Shown here piece after piece: positions 6,608 through 14,068 of a DNA stretch of 24,000 bases. The stretch spans positions 6,448 to 30,447 of the forward strand of contig CAMBTZ010000001.1 in assembly GCA_945870925.1 (NCBI GenBank). The letters run 5' to 3'. The notes below the pieces were generated by a model. That model was not told the DNA's origin. It made no database searches and worked only from the letters and a program-made list of their open reading frames with translations. Made by a program: the position numbers and the translations under genes. This stretch comes from Chlamydia trachomatis. Its GTDB lineage: Bacteria > Chlamydiota > Chlamydiia > Chlamydiales > 2-12-FULL-49-11. Every line of letters begins with the position of its first letter. The stretch's first letter is position 1.

Positions 6608-7954
6608 ATGGAAATTCTTAAAATTGTTGGTGGTGTTCCTTTGAAGGGGACAGTCAGGGCTTCGGGAGCTAAAAATGCGATTACGAAGATGCTTGTGGCG
6701 TCTCTTATTTCTGATAAAAAGTGCACTTTTAATAATGTTCCAAATATTACTGAAGTTGAGGTTACAGTTGAGCTTTGTCGTGAGATTGGCGCTCATGTAG
6801 AGTGGGACAGGAGCGATAAAACTCTTTCTATTGTCACAAAAGAGTTAAAGACTACTTATATTCCGCAAAGATTCTCAGGATCTAATAGAATTCCTATTTT
6901 AATGATTGGCGCTCTTTTGGGCAGGACTGAAGAGGACATTGTTGTACCAACAGTCGGTGGATGCAATATAGGAAAAAGGCCGATTACCTTTCATATCGAC
7001 GCTCTTCGCCGTCTTGGAGCGGAAGTAGAATATAGAGATATGAAAAAAGATGGCGCTTATTTTGCCCATGCTCACAAAGGTTTACAAGGCTGTATTCTAG
7101 AGCTTCCCTATCCGTCTGTTGGTGCTACAGAAAATTGCATCTTAGCTGCTTGCAGAGCTAGAGGGACAACTGTGATCAAAAATGCCGCAATTGAATGTGA
7201 AATCATTGATCTTATCCTTTTCTTGCAAAAACTCGGCGTAAATATCTATGTCGATGTTAATCGAACAATCTGTATTCAAGAGACAAAAACATTCTACGAA
7301 GTAGAACACACGGTCATCTCAGACCGAATTGAAGCAGCATCACTTGGGATGGCCGCAATTGCTACTAAAGGCAAAGTCTTTGTTGAAGGGGCTAGACAAG
7401 AAAATATGATCACCTTTCTCAATAAACTTAGAGAGATCAACGGTGGTTTTAGGGTTTTTGAACAAGGGATTGAATTTTTTTATCAAGGCCCACTAAAAGG
7501 TGGCATCCATATTGAGACTGACGTTCACCCAGGCTTTATGACCGATTGGCAGCAACCTTTTGTTGTACTTCTTACTCAAGCAGAAGGCTCCTCCATCATC
7601 CATGAAACCGTCTATGAAAACAGATTCGGCTACACTCAAACCCTTAAAGAAATGGGTGCCGATATAGAGAGCTTCACTCAGTGCCTCGGTGGTAGATCAT
7701 GCCGCTTTGCAGCACAAAACTTTGCACACTCCGTCGTTGTCAAAGGCCCCACCCCGCTTAAAGCCAAAGCGGTAGCTGTTCCTGACCTCCGCGCCGGCTT
7801 TGCCTATGTAATGGCGGCCCTCATCAGCAATGGCGAATCAACCCTCTCCAATCTTCATTACCTCGACCGTGGCTATGAATCCCTCGAGGACAAACTCTCT
7901 GCACTTGGTGCAAATATCGAAAGAACTTACATAGAAGCTGAAGTTTTAGTATAA
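6608..7954 (+). CDS. murA: UDP-N-acetylglucosamine 1-carboxyvinyltransferase
   Basis: MEILKIVGGVPLKGTVRASGAKNA... is a classic MurA N-terminus. The active-site loop VGGCNIGKRPI has Cys119 (TGC 6962-6964). 448 aa, with C-terminal ...YLDRGYE...KLSALGA. Confidence 0.93.
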   Translation: MEILKIVGGVPLKGTVRASGAKNAITKMLVASLISDKKCTFNNVPNITEVEVTVELCREIGAHVEWDRSDKTLSIVTKELKTTYIPQRFSGSNRIPILMIGALLGRTEEDIVVPTVGGCNIGKRPITFHIDALRRLGAEVEYRDMKKDGAYFAHAHKGLQGCILELPYPSVGATENCILAACRARGTTVIKNAAIECEIIDLILFLQKLGVNIYVDVNRTICIQETKTFYEVEHTVISDRIEAASLGMAAIATKGKVFVEGARQENMITFLNKLREINGGFRVFEQGIEFFYQGPLKGGIHIETDVHPGFMTDWQQPFVVLLTQAEGSSIIHETVYENRFGYTQTLKEMGADIESFTQCLGGRSCRFAAQNFAHSVVVKGPTPLKAKAVAVPDLRAGFAYVMAALISNGESTLSNLHYLDRGYESLEDKLSALGANIERTYIEAEVLV

Positions 7955-7963
7955 TCCTATGCC

Positions 7964-8932
7964 ATGGAACAAGAGTTATGGCGTAGAGTACAAAAAGAGA
8001 GCTTTTCAAAAATTTCTGATATTTTGGAATTTTTGGAACTTGATGAAGTTAATCAGAGTAAGCTTTTAGAAAGACCCTCATTTCCTTTTTTATTACCTAG
8101 GCGAATTGCTGCAAAAATTGCTAAAAATAATTTGGACTGCCCTATTGCAAAACAATTTCTGCCATTAACTGACGAACTTATTCTAAGCCAGGGATTTATG
8201 GCTGATCCAACTTGTGACTCCTCATTTAAAAAGGAAGGGAAAATCCTTCATAAATATGACGGTAGGCTCCTTCTGATTACTTCAGGCGCTTGTGCAATGC
8301 ATTGCAGGTACTGCTTTAGACAAAATTTTTCTTACCCTAGTGGCGGTAGTTTTTTTTCAAACGAGCTTGAATATATCAAAAATAACCCCTCAATTCATGA
8401 GGTAATATTAAGTGGTGGCGATCCATTAAGCCTATCAAATGAGATGTTAGGGTCGTTATTACAATCACTTGATCAAATATCGCATTTACAAATTATTAGA
8501 TTTCATACTCGGTTTCCTATAGGCATTCCTGAAAGAATTTCATCCTCTTTTCTGGAAATTTTAAAGAAAATTCAAAAACAGATTATATTCGTAATTCATG
8601 CAAACCATTTTGCTGAGTTTGACACAGATATTTTTACATCTTTAAAGCAAATTCAGATGCTCGGCATTCCGGTTCTTCTACAAACAGTTCTTTTAAAAGG
8701 AATTAATGATAATCTAAATACATTGAAAGATCTTTTTTTAGGCCTAGCATCAAGAGGAATTCTCCCCTACTACCTTCACAGACTTGATCCTGTAATTGGA
8801 ACCTCCCACTTCTATCTTTCAAAAAAAGAAGGGATCACTCTTATCGATAATCTACGAAAATGTCTGCCTGGCTATGCAGTTCCTCGTCATGTACAAGAAA
8901 TTCCACATGCACCTTACAAAACCCTCCTCTAG
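7964..8932 (+). CDS. epmB: Radical-SAM lysine 2,3-aminomutase family protein (EF-P beta-lysylation EpmB/YjeK-like)
   Basis: CAMHCRYCFR is a CxxxCxxC radical-SAM cluster preceded by LHKYDGRLLLITSG. ...LSGGDPLSL... and ...IRFHTRFPI... are typical of KamA/EpmB proteins. Confidence 0.8.
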   Translation: MEQELWRRVQKESFSKISDILEFLELDEVNQSKLLERPSFPFLLPRRIAAKIAKNNLDCPIAKQFLPLTDELILSQGFMADPTCDSSFKKEGKILHKYDGRLLLITSGACAMHCRYCFRQNFSYPSGGSFFSNELEYIKNNPSIHEVILSGGDPLSLSNEMLGSLLQSLDQISHLQIIRFHTRFPIGIPERISSSFLEILKKIQKQIIFVIHANHFAEFDTDIFTSLKQIQMLGIPVLLQTVLLKGINDNLNTLKDLFLGLASRGILPYYLHRLDPVIGTSHFYLSKKEGITLIDNLRKCLPGYAVPRHVQEIPHAPYKTLL

Positions 8933-8937
8933 AATAA

Positions 8938-9696
8938 TTAGAGATCAGCGAATGGGTTGCAGGAGTCTAAAAACGGCTTTTTCTTTTGGCGTTTCTTCTT
9001 TTCATCTTGCAGGCTATAAAGAAGATCTTTATCAAAGTCCTGATGACTTGCCCAATGCAGATAATCAATCGGCAGCTCTTTGAATAGCTTACCTTTATAC
9101 TTACCAAGAGGCATCATTCTCATCAGAATAGGCTCTCTAAGCCTTTTCATAATTTCATCTTTTGACTTGAAATTTTTAGCTAAGTATTTAAATACCTTAA
9201 TATTGACAATAACATCATTCATTGCGCGATGAGCACCTTCATCAGGGATATTAAAGTGTTTTCTTAAATCTTCCAGTTTATTTGAAGCGCTCTCTCCATG
9301 CAGTCTAGCTAAACGCACAGTGTCAATGGAATTTTGCAAATTAATTGGGCAGGGAATATTTCGTTTTCTAGCAGATGACATAATGAGATTGAGATCAAAT
9401 GCAATATTGTGCCCCATAATTGGATAGCTTCCAAGCATCTCAAACACTTTTGGTAACACATGTTCAATCTTAGGCTTTCCCTTTACCATTTCATCTGTAA
9501 TATGGTGTACTGCCATTGACTCAGGCGGAATAAGTCTACAGGGATCGACTAAAGTTTCATATTCTTCTAAGATTTCATTAAAGTTAAACTTAACAACTGC
9601 AATTTCAACAATTTCTTCCGCTTCTATATTTAGACCTGTCGCTTCACAATCTAAGCAGATGAATGTTTCGTTATCTAACTTTCTCATACCGCTCAT
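8938..9696 (-). CDS. DEDDh 3'-5' exonuclease (DnaQ/epsilon-like) with a C-terminal KYKG...YL.W domain
   Basis: ExoI CLDCEATGL, ExoII GHNIAFDLNLI and ExoIII HRAMNDV are present. The C-terminal MPLGKYKGKLFKELPIDYLHWA resembles the small domain often fused to such exonucleases. The start ATG overlaps the tsaE stop (TAATG). Confidence 0.85.
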   Translation of the reverse strand: MSGMRKLDNETFICLDCEATGLNIEAEEIVEIAVVKFNFNEILEEYETLVDPCRLIPPESMAVHHITDEMVKGKPKIEHVLPKVFEMLGSYPIMGHNIAFDLNLIMSSARKRNIPCPINLQNSIDTVRLARLHGESASNKLEDLRKHFNIPDEGAHRAMNDVIVNIKVFKYLAKNFKSKDEIMKRLREPILMRMMPLGKYKGKLFKELPIDYLHWASHQDFDKDLLYSLQDEKKKRQKKKPFLDSCNPFADL

Positions 9697-10109
9697 TATA
9701 CACTAATCCTTTTTTCAATTGCAATTTCTCTTCCTTCCGGATGATGCTTTAAAGTAACCCTGTAGCTTTTCTTGGGAAGTGACCGCTCTAAAATATCCGG
9801 CCACTCAACACATGCTATATAGGGGGGCTCAAAGTATTCATCAAATCCCATGGAGAGAAATTGTTCTTCTCCTGCCAATCGATACAGATCAAAATGCGCT
9901 ATATTGTGGTATTGATTTAAATAGACAAAGGTGGGGCTTGAAACAATCTCTTCAGGAATGCCAAAAAAGCTTGCTAGCCCTTTGACAAAAGTAGTTTTTC
10001 CAGCACCCAATTCACCAACAAGGCAAACTACATCACCCGGAGATAAGCCTTCTGCAAATTCTTTTGCAAAAAGCTTTGTCTCTTCTTCCGATAATAGAAT
10101 TTTAGAAAT
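9696..10109 (-). CDS. tsaE: tRNA t6A37 biosynthesis ATPase TsaE (YjeE); the start is probably non-canonical (ATT)
   Basis: ...PGDVVCLVGELGAGKTTFVKGLA..SPTF..HFDLYRL...VEWP is the TsaE signature. The listed ORF (9696..10010) begins at an internal TTG inside the P-loop. The frame is open upstream to 10136 but has no ATG, GTG or TTG. ATT at 10109..10107 overlaps the upstream TAA. Confidence 0.8.
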   Translation of the reverse strand: MSKILLSEEETKLFAKEFAEGLSPGDVVCLVGELGAGKTTFVKGLASFFGIPEEIVSSPTFVYLNQYHNIAHFDLYRLAGEEQFLSMGFDEYFEPPYIACVEWPDILERSLPKKSYRVTLKHHPEGREIAIEKRISV

Positions 10110-10879
10110 TATTCGGACTCTTCCTCGCCTTCCTGCTCATCACTTGATTCCTCTTCCGAGTTCTCTTCCATCCATCTCTGAACGTGCTTTGCAAAAGGCT
10201 CATATTGAGAAAGCGCTTCAACAAATGAGGCAATCTTACTTTCTTCAAGATGACTTTGAATTAATCCTAAAAAATCTTCCTGAATTTCAAATCTATTTTG
10301 TGTCGGAACATCTTTCATAGGTATCGGACGAATCTGATTCACAATAAAATCTTCAATTACACCATTTCTACTATGAAAAAGTTTACCTGTAATAACTGAT
10401 GTGTAAACTATTTTCTTAATAGGCTCTTTTTGCTCTTTAATGTAACTTTTTATTACCTCAGGATCTTCTGATATATAAAATTTCTTTACACGCATCCCAT
10501 CTTTTCTTTCAGTATTCTCTGGGCATTTCATAACCCACTCATAAATAGCATCTTGGGGATTAGGATGTGTATTATCTCCAAATACCCTACCGGTAAATGG
10601 GCATATATAAATCTTTTTGGTAGCATCGTTAACGCAAGGTTTACCCATTTGAATTTTAATCTCTGTCTCACGCCAAAGTTTCCCTTGACTCTCTAGAATG
10701 CGAATCAGATCATCTTTACTTTGATAAATCTTCTTCTCACGCATAAATACAACAGGATCTAGATGATTTTTCTTCTCTAGAAAAAATAGATAAGTAGAAA
10801 TTAAATCCGCTTTACGGTTCTTTCTTAAGAACCCCTCCATTTCGGAGATTACACCATCTGAAACAGCCATCTTTGTCAT
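10109..10879 (-). CDS. Hypothetical protein with an acidic C-terminal tail, first gene of the tsaE/exonuclease operon
   Basis: 256-aa ORF with AGGAG 9 nt upstream of the ATG. It has Cys/His pairs (KPCVND...ICPFTG...KCPEN) and a tail EENSEEESSDEQEGEEESE. I did not recognise a family with confidence. Confidence 0.6.
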   Translation of the reverse strand: MTKMAVSDGVISEMEGFLRKNRKADLISTYLFFLEKKNHLDPVVFMREKKIYQSKDDLIRILESQGKLWRETEIKIQMGKPCVNDATKKIYICPFTGRVFGDNTHPNPQDAIYEWVMKCPENTERKDGMRVKKFYISEDPEVIKSYIKEQKEPIKKIVYTSVITGKLFHSRNGVIEDFIVNQIRPIPMKDVPTQNRFEIQEDFLGLIQSHLEESKIASFVEALSQYEPFAKHVQRWMEENSEEESSDEQEGEEESE

Positions 10880-10949
10880 TTCTCAACGCTCCTCTTGGCT
10901 AAACAGAGTACCTCACACCTCTTATTAATGACAATATTATTTCGTGTTA

Positions 10950-10978
10950 TTGCTTAAATTGAATCTATTGAGTATACT
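10950..10978 (+). promoter_or_regulatory. Candidate sigma70/sigma66-type promoter for argS
   Basis: TTGCTT (10950-10955), 17-nt spacer, TATACT (10973-10978), about 27 nt upstream of the ATG at 11006. Confidence 0.4.
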
Positions 10979-10999
10979 AATTTTTTCTAAAAATGTCTT
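10971..10999 (-). promoter_or_regulatory. Candidate divergent promoter for the 10879 operon, sharing the palindromic -10 region
   Basis: On the minus strand: AAGACA (10999..10994), 17-nt spacer, TATACT (10976..10971). AGTATACT is its own reverse complement, so both -10 hexamers overlap. Confidence 0.3.
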
Positions 11000-11005
11000 A
11001 ACACT

Positions 11006-12721
11006 ATGATGCAAAATCTTTCTACACAGCTCGAAATACTTTTTCAAAAGGCCACAAAAGATGGCCTAGACCTAAATGATAGGGTTGAAATTACTCAAAG
11101 CACAAAAGATTCTTTTGGTGATTACCAGTGTAATAGCGCATTAAAATTTGCAAAAAATCTTGGAAAAAATCCAAGAGATGTTGCAAAAATTTTAATCGAT
11201 CACATTATAGATTCAGAAAAAATGATAGAAAAGATGGAGATAGCAGGCCCCGGATTCATTAATATTCATCTTAGCCGTTCATTTTTAGAAAAAGACTTAG
11301 AAAATTTATTAGATGACAAAAGACTTGGAGTTCCGCTTCCTTTAAAAAAAGAAAAGATTATCTGTGAATTTTCTTCTCCAAATATTGCAAAAGCTATGCA
11401 TGTTGGTCATTTACGCTCTACAATTATTGGCGACAGTTTAGCTAGATTATTTGAATTTTTAGGCCATGATGTTCTCAGACTCAATCATGTAGGTGATTGG
11501 GGAACACAATTTGGCATGCTCATCACCTATCTAAAAATTTTTCAGCCTCAAGTACTTTCTCACAAGACCGATACATCGATAGAAGACCTCATGCAATGGT
11601 ACAAAGATTCTAAGCAAAAATTTGATGAATCCCCCGCTTTTAAAAAAAGTTCTCAAGAAGAAGTGGTTAAATTGCAGAGCGGCAATGGTGATTCAATTTC
11701 TGCATGGACTCATATTTGTGATATTTCAAGAAAAGCATTTCAGGAAATTTACAATTTACTTGATGTTGATTTGAATGAACGAGGTGAATCGTTTTACAAT
11801 CCCTATTTAAAAGAAGTAGTCACCTCTTTTGAAAATTTAGGGCTTTTGAAAGTTGATAATAGAGCTAAATGCATCTTCCTTGAAGGCTTTACTAATAAGG
11901 AAGGCGAACCTCTCCCTCTAATTATTCAGAAAAGTGATGGCGGCTATAATTACGCAACAACCGATCTTGCAGGTTTTAAATATAGAGTTGACCATGACAA
12001 AGCTGACAGAATTATTATTGTTACAGACATTGGTCAATCGATGCATTTTAAAATGGTTCATCAAGCTGCCGTAAAAGGACATCTTATCGATCCAAGCAAA
12101 ACCAAATTTGATCATGTTCCATTTGGCCTTGTTCTATCACAGGAAGGGACAAAATTTAAAACAAGAGAAGGAGAAACAGTACGCCTCTCCGACTTGCTTA
12201 ATGAATCTATTAGCGCTGCAAAAAAACTACTTCTTGATCGCGATGTGGAAGACATAGATACTTCCTCAAACATTCTAGGAATTGGCGCCGTAAAATATGC
12301 CGATCTCTCCTGTAACCGTATTAAAGATTACACCTTTAGTTTCGAGCGGATGTTAAAATTTGAAGGAAACACTGCAGCGTTTATTCTTTATGCTTTTGTG
12401 AGAATTCAAAGCATTAAAAGGAAACTAAATTCTCCTACACAAAATAGAAAAATCATTCTTTCACACCCAACTGAAATTGCACTTGGCCTTCATATTAGAC
12501 GTTTTGGAGAAGCCCTAAAAAGCATGGAAGATGAGCTTCTTCCAAACAGACTTACAGACTATCTCTATGGACTTGCAGAAAAATTTCACTCGTTCTTCCG
12601 CGACTGTAGAGTTGAAGGGACACTTGAAGAGGCAAGTAGATTACTTCTTTGTGATGAAACCGCTAATATCATAGAAAAAGGTTTATCAATTTTAGGAATT
12701 AAAACACTATCCAAAATGTAG
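11006..12721 (+). CDS. argS: Arginine--tRNA ligase
   Basis: SSPNIAKAMHVGHLRSTIIGD is the class I HIGH region. The N-terminal Arg-tRNA-binding domain (DYQCNSALKFAK), ...GGYNYATTDLA... and the C-terminal anticodon-binding domain ending in ...M are present. 571 aa. Confidence 0.95.
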   Translation: MMQNLSTQLEILFQKATKDGLDLNDRVEITQSTKDSFGDYQCNSALKFAKNLGKNPRDVAKILIDHIIDSEKMIEKMEIAGPGFINIHLSRSFLEKDLENLLDDKRLGVPLPLKKEKIICEFSSPNIAKAMHVGHLRSTIIGDSLARLFEFLGHDVLRLNHVGDWGTQFGMLITYLKIFQPQVLSHKTDTSIEDLMQWYKDSKQKFDESPAFKKSSQEEVVKLQSGNGDSISAWTHICDISRKAFQEIYNLLDVDLNERGESFYNPYLKEVVTSFENLGLLKVDNRAKCIFLEGFTNKEGEPLPLIIQKSDGGYNYATTDLAGFKYRVDHDKADRIIIVTDIGQSMHFKMVHQAAVKGHLIDPSKTKFDHVPFGLVLSQEGTKFKTREGETVRLSDLLNESISAAKKLLLDRDVEDIDTSSNILGIGAVKYADLSCNRIKDYTFSFERMLKFEGNTAAFILYAFVRIQSIKRKLNSPTQNRKIILSHPTEIALGLHIRRFGEALKSMEDELLPNRLTDYLYGLAEKFHSFFRDCRVEGTLEEASRLLLCDETANIIEKGLSILGIKTLSKM

Positions 12722-12730
12722 GATTAAACT

Positions 12731-13942
12731 GTGACGCTTAAACTTAGAACTCTCCGTGAAATCCCTATCAAAGGCAAGCGAATACTCATTAGAACCGATT
12801 TTAATGTGCCTTTAAATTCTAAAGGCGAAATCGTCGATGACGGGAGAATTAAAGCCTCCTTAAGCACGATTAAATTTATTTTGGAAAGGGGCGGCTCCGT
12901 AATTGTTATGAGTCATCTAGGAAGGCCCGAAGGAAAAAGGGTAGCCGAGTTATCACTTGCTCCAATTGCAAAACGATTAAGCGAGCTCCTATCGCAAGAT
13001 GTTGCTTTTGCTCCTGATTGTATTGGAGAAGTTGTCGAGAAAATGGTTGCAAAACTTGCTCCCGGACAAATCCTCCTTCTTGAAAATCTACGTTTTTACC
13101 CAGGTGAGGAAGCTCCTAGCAAAGACCCTATATTTGTTGAAAAATTGGCACGAATAGGCGATGTATATGTGTTTGACGCTTTTGCAACCGCACACAGAAA
13201 ACATGCATCGACATTTGCAATTGTCCCTAAGTATCACGACTCATGCTGTGGATTTCTTGTAGAAAAAGAGGTCACTATTTTAACAAATTTATTAACACAA
13301 GCTCAAAAGCCTTTTTATGCTGTTATTGGCGGGAGCAAAATCGCAAGCAAAATTGGTATAGTAGAATCTCTTCTAGAAAAAGTAGATGGGCTTCTTATAG
13401 GGGGCGGGATGGCTTTCACCTTTTTAAAGGCTTTAGGGAAAAAAATTGGCAACTCATTAATTGATGAAAAACACGTTGATATTGCTTATAAAATTATGCG
13501 ACGGGCCGAAAAAAAGGGGATTGATTTACATCTTCCACTAGATATTGTTTGTACACAATGTTTATCAGAAAGCGCAGAAACGATAACCGTCTCTATAGAC
13601 GATGGTATTCCGGATGGTTGGATAGGAGCTGATATCGGCGTACAAACAACAACTGAATGGAAAATTATTCTTGAGCAAGTTAAAACAATTTTTTGGAATG
13701 GCCCTGTTGGCGTCTATGAATTAAAACCATTTCAAGAAGGGACCTATAAAGTAGCTGAAATGATTGCCGCAAGAAAAGCTATGACAATTATAGGCGGTGG
13801 CGATTCTGCTGCTGCAATCCATACCTTAGGTCTTGATCAAAAAATTACTTGTATTTCAACGGGTGGAGGGGCAACTTTAGAATTTATTGAGCTTGGAACC
13901 TTACCTGCCTTAGAGCCTCTCACAAAGAACCTTGTAAAATAA
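12731..13942 (+). CDS. pgk: Phosphoglycerate kinase
   Basis: KGKRILIRTDFNVPL, SHLGRPEG, ...FDAFATAHR..., ...GGGMAFTFLKA... and ...GGGDSAAA...STGGGATLEF are present. GTG start with AGGA 8 nt upstream. Confidence 0.95.
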   Translation: MTLKLRTLREIPIKGKRILIRTDFNVPLNSKGEIVDDGRIKASLSTIKFILERGGSVIVMSHLGRPEGKRVAELSLAPIAKRLSELLSQDVAFAPDCIGEVVEKMVAKLAPGQILLLENLRFYPGEEAPSKDPIFVEKLARIGDVYVFDAFATAHRKHASTFAIVPKYHDSCCGFLVEKEVTILTNLLTQAQKPFYAVIGGSKIASKIGIVESLLEKVDGLLIGGGMAFTFLKALGKKIGNSLIDEKHVDIAYKIMRRAEKKGIDLHLPLDIVCTQCLSESAETITVSIDDGIPDGWIGADIGVQTTTEWKIILEQVKTIFWNGPVGVYELKPFQEGTYKVAEMIAARKAMTIIGGGDSAAAIHTLGLDQKITCISTGGGATLEFIELGTLPALEPLTKNLVK

Positions 13943-14068
13943 GGCTAGATCAGCAATAATTGGGACTATAAAGGGAACGTAATTTCTTAAACAAGAGTTG
14001 AACACCATTTTTATGATGCCCAAACTTCTCCCTGTTTATTTCTTTATTATCACTGAGGACACCTCTAT

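Noticed and set aside
6532-6796. Minus-strand ORFs 6532..6726 and 6593..6796
   Set aside because: They are antisense to the murA 5' end and to hairpin copy 2, and they show no motifs.
9779-10320. Plus-strand ORFs 9779..9985 and 9931..10320
   Set aside because: They are antisense to tsaE and to the 3' end of the 256-aa gene. The minus frame carries the TsaE P-loop and HFDLYRL/VEWP motifs.
13943-14068. The 126-bp region upstream of ntt as a riboswitch or sRNA
   Set aside because: I could identify no conserved riboswitch motif or convincing stem-loop architecture by eye. It probably holds only a promoter and Shine-Dalgarno sequence.
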